This document shows, piece by piece, positions 16,888 through 27,102 of a stretch of 64,000 bases of DNA. This stretch comes from Acidimicrobiales bacterium. Lineage in GTDB: Bacteria > Actinomycetota > Acidimicrobiia > Acidimicrobiales > JAKAVM01. The notes under the pieces were generated by a model. The model saw nothing but the letters and a program-made list of their open reading frames with translations. It made no database searches and was not told the DNA's origin. The DNA is taken from positions 38,925 to 102,924 of the forward strand of contig DAIDHF010000003.1 in the NCBI GenBank assembly GCA_027452005.1, in the 5' to 3' direction. Positions within the stretch are counted from its first letter, which is position 1, and each line of letters starts with the position of its first letter. The position numbers were made by a program, and so were the translations under genes.

Positions 16888-19581
16888 ATGAGCAAGAACT
16901 CCTACAAAGCCCGTGAGGAACTAAAAGTTGGTAGTCGCACCTACTCCATATACTCGTTGTCAAGTAACCTACTGGGTGGCAACGTTGCAAGGCTGCCATT
17001 TTGCCTGAAGATACTTCTAGAGAACCTCCTGAGAAATGAGGACGATATCTCGGTTAACCGGTCTGAGATTGACGCCTTGATCAATTGGGACGGACAGCCT
17101 GCCAGTCAAGAGATCGCGTTTTCCCCGGCAAGAGTGCTCATGCAGGACTTCACCGGCGTCCCGGCGGTGTGTGATCTAGCCTCGATGAGGGACGCTATGG
17201 TTGCCTTAGGGGGCGACCCGGCCAAGATCAACCCTCTCATCCCGGCAGAGCTTGTAATCGATCACTCGGTAGTGGTCGACAACTACGCAACCCCTCAGGC
17301 ATTCGCCCAGAACAGCCAGGTTGAGTTCGAGAGGAACTCAGAGCGCTACCAGTTCTTGCGCTGGGGTCAAGAGGCATTTTCCAACTTCTCGGTGGTACCT
17401 CCCGGGACTGGCATCTGCCATCAGGTCAACCTGGAGTACCTGGCCCGAGTTGTATTTGTGGACACGAACAACCAGGCATACCCCGACACCTTGGTTGGTA
17501 CTGACTCACACACGACCATGGTCAATGGAATCGGGGTCTTGGGATGGGGGGTTGGTGGCATCGAGGCCGAGGCGGCCATGCTCGGACAACCAATCTCCAT
17601 GTTGATTCCCGAGGTGGTTGGACTCAAGTTATCAGGTTCCCTGCCAGAGGGAGCCACGGCAACTGACCTCGTCTTGACCATAGCTCAACTCCTCCGTCAG
17701 GTTGGCGTCGTGGGCAAGTTTGTCGAAGTCTTCGGGCCCTCTGTTGGTCATGTTACCGCAGAAACTCGGGCCACGATAGGAAATATGTCTCCCGAATATG
17801 GCTCGACGGCAACAATCTTTCCAATCGATGCTGAGACGTTACGGTATCTAACCATGACCGGGCGGTCTCTAGAACAGGTAGCCCTCGTGGAGGCCTACGC
17901 AAAGCACCAAGGTCTTTTTCATGCCTCAGCAGGGGAGTCTAATACGATCTACAACCAGGTCGTTGAACTGGATCTGGCCTCGGTGGAGCCCTCGATTGCC
18001 GGGCCCTCAAGACCCCAAGACCGAGTTCCCCTCAAATTGTCCAAGGAGTACCTAGCCAAGGCCTTTGTAGACGGGCAGGTAGATGTGGGTAGGGGTCCTG
18101 TCAAGGTAAGACTTGCTTCAGGCGACGAGTTCGATCTGGGTCATGCAAGTGTTGTCATTGCAGCCATAACTTCTTGTACTAATACGTCCAATCCCTCGGT
18201 AATGCTAGGAGCCGGGTTGCTCGCCAAAAAAGCCGTCGAGTCCGGACTTACGACAAAGCCCTGGGTGAAGACCTCTTTAGCGCCGGGTTCAAAAGCAGTT
18301 ACCGAGTACTTAGAGCGGGCCGGCCTGGACAGATACCTAGACAAACTCGGTTTCAACCTGGTCGGGTACGGATGCACCACCTGTATTGGTAATTCCGGTC
18401 CTCTAGCTCCAGAGATCTCGGCGGCAATTGCCCAGAACAACCTGTCGGCTGTGGCCGTGTTGTCTGGAAACCGGAATTTTGAGGGGCGTATCAATCCAGA
18501 CGTCCGGATGAACTATCTGGCCTCACCCCCTCTTGTAGTGGCTTACGCTCTGGCCGGGACAATGGACATCGACCTCTATCGCCAACCACTGGGATACACA
18601 CCCGATGGTAAAGAGGTCTTCCTAAGAGATATCTGGCCAAGCCAGGCCGAGATTGCTGACGCGCTAGAAACCTCAATCACCTCGGACATGTTTGCCAAGA
18701 GCTACTCGGGAGTATTTGAGGGAGACTCGAGGTGGAGAGACCTACCGACTGGTCAAGGAGACCGATACGGCTGGGATATCACGTCAACCTATGTGCAACG
18801 TCCACCGTTCTTTGACAACCTCACTATAGATCCCCAGGGGTTATCAGATCTCCACCGTGGCCGGATCCTGGCAGTTTTGGGTGACTCGGTCACAACCGAC
18901 CACATCTCCCCGGCCGGGTCCATCAAGGTGGCCAGTCCAGCCGGGGTCTGGCTTGAAGAGAACAAAGTGGCCGTTGGGGACTTCAATTCTTATGGATCTA
19001 GACGGGGTAACCACGAGGTAATGATGAGGGGAACTCTTGCCAATACCAGAATAAGAAACCAGATGAACCCGCAAGTTGAGGGTGGTTACTCCAAGTTCTT
19101 GGACCCAGAGATCTCCTACACACAAGAAGACTTCGAAAAGCTCGACCCCGAACCTATTTTTGACTGCGCCCAACGTTACAGGGCAAAGTCAACTCCCCTA
19201 GCAATCGTGGCCGGCAAAGAGTACGGGTCGGGATCTTCCAGAGACTGGGCCGCAAAGGGAGTTGCCCTACTGGGCGTAAAGGTCGTAATTGCCGAGAGCT
19301 TTGAGAGGATACACCGGTCCAACCTGGTCGGAATGGGAGTATTGCCCCTTCAGTTTGCGGCCCGAGAGAGTGCGCAAACCTTGCAGATAAGGGGTCTTGA
19401 GTCACTTGAGGTAACCGGACTAGATGGTTGGGTTCCTGGGATGTCTCTCCAAGATAGGGTCCAGGTAACCCTAGACGGGAAACAGATTCCCGTGACAGTG
19501 AGGGTTGATACTCCCAAAGAGCAGGAGTACCTCTATCACGGGGGCATCTTGTCCTATGTTCTCAGGTCACTTATCAACTAA
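16888..19581 (+). CDS. acnA: Aconitate hydratase A
   Basis: This is a roughly 900-aa protein with the aconitase Fe-S ligand regions ([27 protein letters not shown]) and a swivel domain. A TTG at 16879 is an alternative start. Confidence 0.93.
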   Translation: MSKNSYKAREELKVGSRTYSIYSLSSNLLGGNVARLPFCLKILLENLLRNEDDISVNRSEIDALINWDGQPASQEIAFSPARVLMQDFTGVPAVCDLASMRDAMVALGGDPAKINPLIPAELVIDHSVVVDNYATPQAFAQNSQVEFERNSERYQFLRWGQEAFSNFSVVPPGTGICHQVNLEYLARVVFVDTNNQAYPDTLVGTDSHTTMVNGIGVLGWGVGGIEAEAAMLGQPISMLIPEVVGLKLSGSLPEGATATDLVLTIAQLLRQVGVVGKFVEVFGPSVGHVTAETRATIGNMSPEYGSTATIFPIDAETLRYLTMTGRSLEQVALVEAYAKHQGLFHASAGESNTIYNQVVELDLASVEPSIAGPSRPQDRVPLKLSKEYLAKAFVDGQVDVGRGPVKVRLASGDEFDLGHASVVIAAITSCTNTSNPSVMLGAGLLAKKAVESGLTTKPWVKTSLAPGSKAVTEYLERAGLDRYLDKLGFNLVGYGCTTCIGNSGPLAPEISAAIAQNNLSAVAVLSGNRNFEGRINPDVRMNYLASPPLVVAYALAGTMDIDLYRQPLGYTPDGKEVFLRDIWPSQAEIADALETSITSDMFAKSYSGVFEGDSRWRDLPTGQGDRYGWDITSTYVQRPPFFDNLTIDPQGLSDLHRGRILAVLGDSVTTDHISPAGSIKVASPAGVWLEENKVAVGDFNSYGSRRGNHEVMMRGTLANTRIRNQMNPQVEGGYSKFLDPEISYTQEDFEKLDPEPIFDCAQRYRAKSTPLAIVAGKEYGSGSSRDWAAKGVALLGVKVVIAESFERIHRSNLVGMGVLPLQFAARESAQTLQIRGLESLEVTGLDGWVPGMSLQDRVQVTLDGKQIPVTVRVDTPKEQEYLYHGGILSYVLRSLIN

Positions 19582-19604
19582 AGTCGACCCCGGAGCTGAG
19601 CGCC

Positions 19605-19716
19605 CATGATCGACCCCGAAGTGGGGGGTACCGGATGGGCAGCTATCTCACCGTTGATTCCTCCGCCGGGCCGGACCCATTCGCTTGGATCCCATAGACC
19701 GAGAGTATCTGATCGG
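19605..19716 (+). pseudogene. IS5-family transposase N-terminal fragment (DUF4096-like)
   Basis: The translation is MIDPEVGGTGWAAISPLIPPPGRTHSLGSHRPRVSDR and then diverges. It is near-identical at the DNA level to 22179-22283. Confidence 0.6.
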
Positions 19717-19877
19717 ACACAGATCACGGTAGTAGGCGCCCATGGCGCATCAATTTTCAGCCATGCCCAGAATACAATGTGAGAAACATCGAGAGAACCA
19801 GAAGCTAGCTAGTGCCGAGACAGGCAACGTTTACCTCCTCTCGCAGAGAGTTGGTCGTGCTATCATGGCTCAACGTC

Positions 19878-20720
19878 ATGGTTGATAAGGTGAACTTCGC
19901 GGTCAACCTCTACCAGGGGACCGCCGAGTATTACGACGCTTACCGGCTGCCATACCCGGAGGCGATGATCGAGGACCTGATCGCGCGTTGCGGGGTCTCC
20001 GGGAAGGGGCGACTGCTTGACTTGGCCTGTGGCACCGGCCAGCTCGCCTTTCCGCTGCGCCGGTTCTTCGCCGAAGTCTGGGCCGTGGACCGGGAACCTG
20101 ACTTCGTGCAGATGGTTCAGGCTAAGGCCGACAAGCTGGGCGCCAGCAACATCCACCCGGTCACGGCGGACGCCGAGACCCTCGACGCGGAACGCGGGTC
20201 TTTCGAGCTGGCCGTCATTGGCTGCGCCTTCCACCGGCTCGACCGCGACCTGGTCGCCGCCAGGCTCATGCAATGGCTGCGTCCCGGCGGGTGCGTGGCA
20301 CTGTGTTGGGCGGACGTTCCGTATCTGGGTGACCGGGAGTGGCAGAATGCGTTCGCTGCGCTACTCGATCGCTGGCAGACCTCGCTCGGTGTGACCGACC
20401 GGGTTCCCGCCAACTGGGCCGAGCCGCAGCGACGACGTCCCGATGCCCAGGTACTGTCGGAGGCGGGGTTCGAGAAGGTAGGGCGCCACGAGTTCCTCAT
20501 CGAGCACCGGTGGCGTCTGGAGGAACTGGCTGGATTCGTCCGGTCCACCTCCTTCCTCCCCTCTTCGGTCCTTGGCGACCAGGGGACTGAATTCGATAAC
20601 GACCTCGTTACCGCGATTAGCCCGTTCCTCGCCGCAGACGGTACATTCCCGCACGAGGTCGGCTTCGCCTACGACATGGCCCGCAAGCCGATGGAGGTCG
20701 TGTCGGTCCTGGGCCAGTAG
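19878..20720 (+). CDS. Class I SAM-dependent methyltransferase
   Basis: Motif I reads RLLDLACGTGQLAFPL and the length is typical. GC is clearly higher than in flanking genes. A GTG at 19812 is an alternative start. Confidence 0.75.
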   Translation: MVDKVNFAVNLYQGTAEYYDAYRLPYPEAMIEDLIARCGVSGKGRLLDLACGTGQLAFPLRRFFAEVWAVDREPDFVQMVQAKADKLGASNIHPVTADAETLDAERGSFELAVIGCAFHRLDRDLVAARLMQWLRPGGCVALCWADVPYLGDREWQNAFAALLDRWQTSLGVTDRVPANWAEPQRRRPDAQVLSEAGFEKVGRHEFLIEHRWRLEELAGFVRSTSFLPSSVLGDQGTEFDNDLVTAISPFLAADGTFPHEVGFAYDMARKPMEVVSVLGQ

Positions 20721-20939
20721 GCCTGCGAGTCATAAGGGACCCTCCTGACACATCAGCTCCGTCTAGTGGATCTAGCCGGAGCTGGTCCAGAGACGACGTC
20801 AAGACCAGCGTCCGAAATCAACGTCCAATCCGGCATGCCACGTAGGCATCTGACCCGGTGCGCGGCAAGCCGCTCTGTTCAGGGCGGGAAGGATAGGGCG
20901 GACGGCGTAGCCGTCCTGGAGTTCAGTGTGCGGTTCCCC

Positions 20940-21007
20940 AGAAAAGGTAGACATATTTCTATCCTTTCACTTTTCAGCTACGCGATAGATAAATGTCTAT
21001 CTTTTCT
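20940..21007. repeat. AT-rich 24-bp imperfect inverted repeat (21/24) with a 20-nt spacer, upstream of the MTHFR-like gene
   Basis: The left arm is agaaaaggtagacatatttctatc (20940-20963) and the right arm is gatagataaatgtctatcttttct (20984-21007). Confidence 0.7.
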
Positions 21008-21080
21008 AGGGGAGCTCAATTTAGCTATTGTAGCGAGGGTGGACCTCCTGCGCCGAATCGCAACCCGCCGGGGAGAATTC

Positions 21081-21959
21081 ATGCTCTTCGCTCTGACTCC
21101 ACCACGGCTATCGACGGTTCCAGAGAAGGCACAAGAAATTGCCGCTGTCACCGTTGAGCGTTTGGAGCCAATTGGCGTGGACGGCCTGATCCTTTACGAC
21201 ATTGATGACGAGACCGACCGGAATCCCCACAAGAGGCCGTTTCCGTTTCTGCCGACAATGGACCCGTCCGATTATCTGGATCGATACCTCAAAACTTGGA
21301 ACACACCGGTCGTTGTCTACCGTGCGACGGCGAAGTACACGGAGCAAGAACTTTGCGATTGGCTGAGATCTCAGGAAATCGCGAAGCGGATGGCTGTCTT
21401 TGTCGGTGCGTCGTCGGGTGAGAAGCCCGTCGCCTTGACGCTCGCCAGGGCCCAGCAACTCAGTACTGAAGTTAACCCCGATCTGCTCTTCGGGGCGGTA
21501 GCGATACCCGAGAGACATACTCGCAAAGGCGACGAACACCTTCGCTTAGCCAATAAGCAAGAGGCTGGCTGTTCCTATTTTGTTTCCCAGGTTGTCTATG
21601 ACGTCAACGCGGCCAAGAATCTGGTATCGGACTATGCTTACGAATGCCACGACCGAGGCCTCGATCCGGTCCCGGTGGTTTTTACTTTCTCTGTGTGCGG
21701 GTCGATGAAGACATTGGAGTTTCTCCGGTGGCTCGGCGTCGACGTTCCGCACTGGATCGAAAACGATTTGCGCCATGCCAAAAATGTGCTTGACGCATCT
21801 CCCGAGCACGCGGAAGCAGCTGCACTTGAACTGATATCGTTTTGCCGCTGGTTGGGAGTACCGTTCGGCGTCAACGTTGAGTCGGTCTCGATCCGCAGAG
21901 TGGAGATCGAGGCTAGCGTGCGCCTTGCCGGCCTGCTCCGGGGCATGTTGTTGAGCTAA
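21081..21959 (+). CDS. Methylenetetrahydrofolate reductase (MetF)-like TIM-barrel protein
   Basis: MTHFR-like blocks are present: FALTPPR, VFVGASSGEKP, FGAVAIPERH, KQEAGCSYFVSQVVYD, PVVFTFSVCGS. The start is set at ATG 21081, since the upstream 105 codons of the ORF do not look coding. Confidence 0.55.
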   Translation: MLFALTPPRLSTVPEKAQEIAAVTVERLEPIGVDGLILYDIDDETDRNPHKRPFPFLPTMDPSDYLDRYLKTWNTPVVVYRATAKYTEQELCDWLRSQEIAKRMAVFVGASSGEKPVALTLARAQQLSTEVNPDLLFGAVAIPERHTRKGDEHLRLANKQEAGCSYFVSQVVYDVNAAKNLVSDYAYECHDRGLDPVPVVFTFSVCGSMKTLEFLRWLGVDVPHWIENDLRHAKNVLDASPEHAEAAALELISFCRWLGVPFGVNVESVSIRRVEIEASVRLAGLLRGMLLS

Positions 21960-22167
21960 CGGCTGGAACGATGTTGATCGTTTGGAACTAGCCCCATTGA
22001 CTTGGGCAGAATGGTTCATTGATTAGAGGCTTGATTCCTCCTACAATGAGATTCACCTACAAAGTTCACGGCCGCCTATTACGCTGGTCCACAAGCCGAC
22101 TATGAGGTGGTTGGAATCCACACAAAATAGTCTCTAAAGAACCCAGTGGGGTTCAGTACTCACCATT

Positions 22168-22560
22168 ATGTGCGCGCTAGACCCCGAAGTGGAAGGTGCC
22201 AGCTGGGCAGCTATCTCACCGTTGATTCCTCCGCCGGGCCGGACCCATTCGCTTGGATCCCATAGACCGAGAGTATCTGATCGAGACTGCTTCGACAGCG
22301 GCCATGGCTCCAACGTGAACAGGGAGCCTCTTACCGAAAGCAACATCGACGACGCTGTCATCGCGAAGAAGAGAAAACACGGTGCTGGCGCACCGAAGAG
22401 AAACCAACCGATGGAAATGCGTTGGCCCGTCAAACGGAGCAACTCGTGGCTTTCCAACTACGGTCACCTCCGAAGTAACACAGACCACAAGACCATCCAC
22501 CGCCTCGCTCGGCTCTCACTCGCAGTCGTGTTCATTATCACGGCCAAGTTGATCGATTGA
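22168..22560 (+). pseudogene. Internally deleted IS5-family (IS427-like) transposase
   Basis: The N-terminus WAAISPLIPPPGRTHSLGSHRPRVSDRDCFD (DUF4096-like) is joined directly to a C-terminus RWPVKRSNSWLSNYGHLRSNTDHK...LAVVFIITAKLID. The DDE core is missing (130 aa in total). Confidence 0.65.
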
Positions 22561-22693
22561 CGGGATCGCTGGTCACCGGCATTATCGTCTATCAGCTGAG
22601 GCTCTTATCAACTAAAAACGACCCCGAAGCTGAGCGTCCGTGATCGATCCAGAGGATTTCAAGATCAGCCAGGGAGTAATTGGAAGGCGGAAG

Positions 22694-24265
22694 CTAAATA
22701 ATTTTAGATGACCGGCCTTGCCAGTAGGGGTCTCTAAGAAGTCTCTTGTAAAGCTTCCCGTTGGGGTATCGGGGGAGTTCGTCGGTAAAATCTAGTGTCT
22801 TGGGACATTTATAGTGAGCTAGGCGATTCCGGCAGAACTCAATTAGCTCCTCGGCCAACTCGGGTGAGGCTTGGGAAGGCTCCACGAGCTGAACAACTGC
22901 CTTGACCTGTTCACCCATCTCGTCGTCGGGGATCCCGAACACCGCACAGTCCATCACCATTGGGTGCGAGATTAGCTCGTTCTCGCACTCTTGGGGATAA
23001 ATGTTTACTCCTCCTGAGATTATCATGTTGGCCTTGCGGTCTGTCAGATAGAGATACCCGTCCTGGTCGAGGTGGCCAATGTCGCCGAGGGTCGACCAAC
23101 CTTGCTTTGAGCGCGACGATCTGGTCTTGTCGGGGTCATTGAGATACTCAAAACCGGCCCCGTCCATCTCAAAGTAAATGGTCCCGTCTTGTCCTACTCC
23201 TAGTTCTTCTCCGTCATCGTTACACACGTGAATTGCGCCGAGAAGCGATTTGCCCACCGTACCGGGATGCTCTAGCCACTCTTTTGAATTGCACGCCACA
23301 AACCCATTTGACTCGGTTCCGGCGTAATACTCATAGAGGACTGGTCCCCACCAATCAATCATTTCGTACTTCACCTCTTTGGGGCACGGGGCAGAAGCAT
23401 GAATAGCACATATAAGTGACGACATGTCGAAGCGTTCTCTAATAGCACGATCTAACTTGAGAAGCCTCACGAACATAGTTGGAACGACCTGAGTGTGAGT
23501 TATCTGGTATCTATCGATTAGTGATAGGTATTCAACGGGGTCGAAGTGATCCATGATGATCACGGTTCCACCTATTCGAGTGAATGCCATGGTAAAGCGA
23601 AGAGGAGCAGCGTGGTATAGTGGGGCCGGAGACAGGTACAGGCTCTTGTCGGTTGCCTGGTACATAAATTTTAGCAACATGACCACGGCGTCAGGGGTTC
23701 CTATTGGTTGTGGATCTCGGTTCAGGCGCACCCCTTTTGGTTTGCCCGTGGTGCCAGATGAGTACAACAGGTCAGATCCCTCGATTTCACCCTCAATAGG
23801 GCGTGGTGGAAACTTTGCAACCGTGTCTTCATAGGAGTCAATTAGCTGGCCCAGTTCCTTCGTGGTGAATGGGTTCCCAAAGCTATTACAAGCAAGGACC
23901 TTCAAAATTCCCGGACACTTAGTCCCTATAGTGTCAAAGCGGTCGACATGGTTGGCGCTCGTGATAAAGACCTTGGCCCCACAGTCATTTATAATGTACA
24001 AAACCTCCTCTAGCCCAAACCTGGGGCTTATTGGGGTGTAGTACAGTCCACTTCGCTGGGCCGCCCAAATAACCTCAAGAAATCTCGCGTTATTTTCCAT
24101 ACACAGGGCAATCGAGTCTCCTGGTAGAAGTCCTAGGTGGCCAAAGTACTGGGCCAGGCGATTAGACCCCTCGTCTAGCTGAACGTGAGAGACTGCTTCT
24201 CCCGACTCGGCCATGATATAGGCCGGCTTATCGCCGTAGATTGCTGAATTATTTCCTGGATACAT
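22694..24265 (-). CDS. Acyl-CoA synthetase (AMP-forming, ANL superfamily)
   Basis: The AMP-binding motif LLYSSGTTGKPKGV is present, plus YYAGTE, GDIGHLDQDGYLYLTDRK and a C-terminal PNGK. Confidence 0.9.
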   Translation of the reverse strand: MYPGNNSAIYGDKPAYIMAESGEAVSHVQLDEGSNRLAQYFGHLGLLPGDSIALCMENNARFLEVIWAAQRSGLYYTPISPRFGLEEVLYIINDCGAKVFITSANHVDRFDTIGTKCPGILKVLACNSFGNPFTTKELGQLIDSYEDTVAKFPPRPIEGEIEGSDLLYSSGTTGKPKGVRLNRDPQPIGTPDAVVMLLKFMYQATDKSLYLSPAPLYHAAPLRFTMAFTRIGGTVIIMDHFDPVEYLSLIDRYQITHTQVVPTMFVRLLKLDRAIRERFDMSSLICAIHASAPCPKEVKYEMIDWWGPVLYEYYAGTESNGFVACNSKEWLEHPGTVGKSLLGAIHVCNDDGEELGVGQDGTIYFEMDGAGFEYLNDPDKTRSSRSKQGWSTLGDIGHLDQDGYLYLTDRKANMIISGGVNIYPQECENELISHPMVMDCAVFGIPDDEMGEQVKAVVQLVEPSQASPELAEELIEFCRNRLAHYKCPKTLDFTDELPRYPNGKLYKRLLRDPYWQGRSSKII

Positions 24266-24379
24266 TGATCATTTATCGTAGCCCCAGACTTTGATCTTAG
24301 GCTAGACTGGGTCGGATATAAGGGGAACAGCGGGGCTAACATCAGTTATTCAAATTCAGAAAATAAGAGGTCATAGAAG

Positions 24380-25846
24380 ATGAGTCAAGACGCATTTAGT
24401 CACCCGCGATGTTTTCCGCGCAAGCTCCCTTCTCCTACTCGAACCCAGGTCGCCTCTCGGGCCACCAAGATTGGCAGGGTATTTGTGAGGAACTTCGGGA
24501 TTGCCGCGTTTCGCCAGGCCCGCAAGTCCACCCAGGGGGACTCTTTTGACTCGGTCAAATCCCTAGCCAGGCCCCTGCGGATGACCTTTGAAGAACTTGG
24601 AGCCACGTTCATGAAATTTGGACAGCTCCTGGCTTCTTCGCCAGGGGTATTCGGGGAGGCCATCTCAAATGAGTTTCGCAGCTGTCTTGATACCGGTCCC
24701 ATAGTTTCTCCCGAAGAGGTCCGCGATATAGTCGAGAATGATCTCGGGATGGCTCTAGAAGATGCCTTTTCAAGTTTTGACATGTATCCAATTGGACGGG
24801 CTTCCATTGCAGTAGTTCACAAGGCCACTACTCGACAAGGACGCGAGGTGGCAGTCAAGATTCTTCGCCCCGGTATAGAAACCCGGGTCGCTACCGACCT
24901 TGACCTGATGCAACCGCTCATGGAGCTTGTAGCCCGCTACACGGGCGAGGAGATTGCCGGGGCCATGTTGCAACTGCTTGAGGGATTCAGAGAACAGATG
25001 GCCGAGGAGCTAGACCTTCGGAACGAGGCCCGTGCGATGGTTAACTATAGAAGCCTGCTCACCAAAGTTGATCTTCCCCTGATAGTTGTTCCTGAACCCA
25101 TTTACGAGCTATCTGGACAGAAGGTACTCACCATGGAGTTCTTGAGAGGGGTTGCAATTGACGATCTCGGGGCGATAGAGAAGATGGGCCACGACCCATC
25201 AGCCATAATCGACCAGATGGTCAAGGCTTTCTTTTTGACGGCCTTGCGGTGGGGATTCTTTCACGGAGACGTTCATGCCGGGAATCTGCTCATGTTAGAA
25301 GATGGAAGAATAGGAATTCTAGACTGGGGAATTGTTGGACGCCTTGACCCTGATACCCATCGGTTCTTTAGGAAGATCATCGAGGCCTCGCTTGGCGACG
25401 AGAGTGCCTGGACGGACGTGACTGACTACTTTTTGAAGGTCTACGGGCCAGCGGTTAGTGAGGTTTTAGGACTTGAGGGAGACGAGCTGGTCCAGATGGT
25501 AAGAACCCTCATGGAGCCGATCTTGACCAAGCCCTTCGGGGAGATCAGCCTCTCTGAGCTCATCCAGGGGCCCCGCAAACAGGCCGAAAAGGCCCGGGGG
25601 CTAGAAGCTCAAAAAATGACAGTCCGGCGGGTCTGGCAGCGCTTTGCCGAACAGCGCCGGATCAGGGAGATTGCCCTCGAACACGGGGGTCTAAGCTCGG
25701 ACTTTGACCGCCAGGCTTTTTTGCTATCCAAGCAGCTCATGTACTTTGAACGCTACGGCAAGCTGTTCCATTCCAACGCCTCGTTACTTAGCGATATTGG
25801 CTTCTTCAAGTCAGTCCTAGCAGATATGGAAGCAAGTCCAGATTAA
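24380..25846 (+). CDS. ABC1/UbiB-family atypical kinase
   Basis: The motifs LGATFMKFGQLLASSPGVFG, VAVKILRPG and FFHGDVHAGNLL are typical of UbiB/ADCK proteins. Confidence 0.85.
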   Translation: MSQDAFSHPRCFPRKLPSPTRTQVASRATKIGRVFVRNFGIAAFRQARKSTQGDSFDSVKSLARPLRMTFEELGATFMKFGQLLASSPGVFGEAISNEFRSCLDTGPIVSPEEVRDIVENDLGMALEDAFSSFDMYPIGRASIAVVHKATTRQGREVAVKILRPGIETRVATDLDLMQPLMELVARYTGEEIAGAMLQLLEGFREQMAEELDLRNEARAMVNYRSLLTKVDLPLIVVPEPIYELSGQKVLTMEFLRGVAIDDLGAIEKMGHDPSAIIDQMVKAFFLTALRWGFFHGDVHAGNLLMLEDGRIGILDWGIVGRLDPDTHRFFRKIIEASLGDESAWTDVTDYFLKVYGPAVSEVLGLEGDELVQMVRTLMEPILTKPFGEISLSELIQGPRKQAEKARGLEAQKMTVRRVWQRFAEQRRIREIALEHGGLSSDFDRQAFLLSKQLMYFERYGKLFHSNASLLSDIGFFKSVLADMEASPD

Positions 25847-25911
25847 TGTGATAATCTAGATAGTAGCTTTACTTAGCTGAAAGACCAGGGAAGGCAGGAA
25901 GGAATCCGTCA

Positions 25912-26229
25912 ATGGCCAGTTTTACAGGAGCGGCCCAAAATGCGGGAATCATCGGTGCCCTTGTAAATACGCCCCCGTCTCTGGCTTCAATTTCCTTGGA
26001 GCAATCCAGCGCCTATCTCGGGCAGCCCTCGCCGGGAATGGTGCCCAGGTCCCTAGTCCCAGAGGCTGCTCCAGTCCCCCCGACCCAGGGATCGGCCGCA
26101 CCTATGCCAGGAGAGAGTACGGGCAGCGGGGCCGGAACTTTTGGGAACGCAGCCTTCATGCAGGCCGACGCCAACTTGGAGGCTGGCGCTGGCATGGGCA
26201 AGGGACTCAACTTCAACCTGCTCGCCTAA
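25912..26229 (+). CDS. Hypothetical low-complexity Ala/Gly/Pro-rich protein
   Basis: A good RBS (aggaagga) lies 8 nt upstream of the ATG. No recognisable motif was found. Confidence 0.4.
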   Translation: MASFTGAAQNAGIIGALVNTPPSLASISLEQSSAYLGQPSPGMVPRSLVPEAAPVPPTQGSAAPMPGESTGSGAGTFGNAAFMQADANLEAGAGMGKGLNFNLLA

Positions 26230-26282
26230 CGTTCGGAGAGATTTCTACGTAACTCGTTATCGCTTGCCGCTCTTCATTTAGC

Positions 26283-27038
26283 TCGGTTACTCAACTGCTA
26301 GAAGATGGGACTAATTACTACATCTATGGACCTTCAGGGATGCCAATGGAACAGATAAGCCAGCCAAGTGGCGTACCCAGCTATCTCTACACCGATTAGT
26401 TGGGGTCGGTTGAAATGGAAGCTAACCAATCAGGCAATATAACTGCCACACAGAGCTACTGCCCTTATGGAACAGTGTCTTCCGCAACTGGGACGTGGAC
26501 GACGCCCTTTGGGTTTGCTGGGGGATACACCGATCCTACAGGGCTGATCTATCCAATCAACCGATACTACGATCCGGCGACGGGGCAGTTTATGATTGTG
26601 GATCCACTCGTGTCAAGTACTCAGCAGCCCTACGAATATACTGACGGGAACCCCGTAAATGCGAACGATCGAGCGAGACTTAGCGTCGTCGGGTGCATGT
26701 CAGACCTTGGAGGATGTAACGGACCGGGTCGGCCTCCGAGTAAGCACGGGTACACTTACGGATTTTGCGGAGAATTGGGGGTGCAGCTCCTTTGGTGGGG
26801 CACACTCCGAACGGGATGTGTTGTAGTCCCGCCAATCGGAGGTCCAGCCTACATAAATGCCCAGAATGTTCATACTTTTGGACTTCCAGCATATTTCGGC
26901 GTGTTAGGATTCATCTCGAACGCGTGCACAGTTCAAGACTTGCTTGGGATCTTCAAAGGAGCGGTTAGTCGGCTCTATACGACAGTAACTGGAGTTGGCT
27001 TCTTTTCCGGATCTACTCCCGATGGTCGCGTTATTTAG
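26283..27038 (+). pseudogene. Orphan RHS repeat-associated core fragment with a variable C-terminal (toxin) domain, interrupted by an in-frame TAG
   Basis: The frame reads LLEDGTNYYIYGPSGMPMEQISQPSGVPSYLYTD*LGSVEMEANQSGNITATQSYCPYG...FGFAGGYTDPTGLIYPINRYYDPATGQFMIVDPL...YEYTDGNPVNANDRARL, followed by about 118 aa with no recognised motif. The TAG is at 26397-26399. There is no upstream YD-repeat shell. Confidence 0.75.
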
Positions 27039-27102
27039 GTGGCTTCTGCGGGATTCGGTTTGGGAGAAGGGGTGGCTGGCGGTTCGACCAATACCGGACT
27101 CA

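Larger units (their letters stand above)
19570..22647. mobile_element. About 3-kb GC-richer insertion after acnA, bracketed by an imperfect 44-bp direct repeat and carrying IS5-family transposase remnants
   Basis: 19570-19613 and 22604-22647 are 39/44 identical, and both start cttatcaactaa (the acnA stop context). A 105-bp transposase N-terminal segment is present twice (about 19611-19716 and about 22179-22283). Confidence 0.6.

Noticed and set aside
20766-21080. The 5' 105 codons of the 397-aa ORF that ends as the MTHFR-like gene.
   Set aside because: This part is Arg/Ser-rich, runs through the AT-rich 24-bp inverted repeat, and has no MTHFR similarity. Homology begins at Met 21081.
22134-22500. 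Antisense ORFs (22134-22457 and 22216-22500) opposite the IS5 transposase remnant.
   Set aside because: The plus-strand frame carries recognisable transposase N- and C-terminal motifs. The antisense frames carry none.
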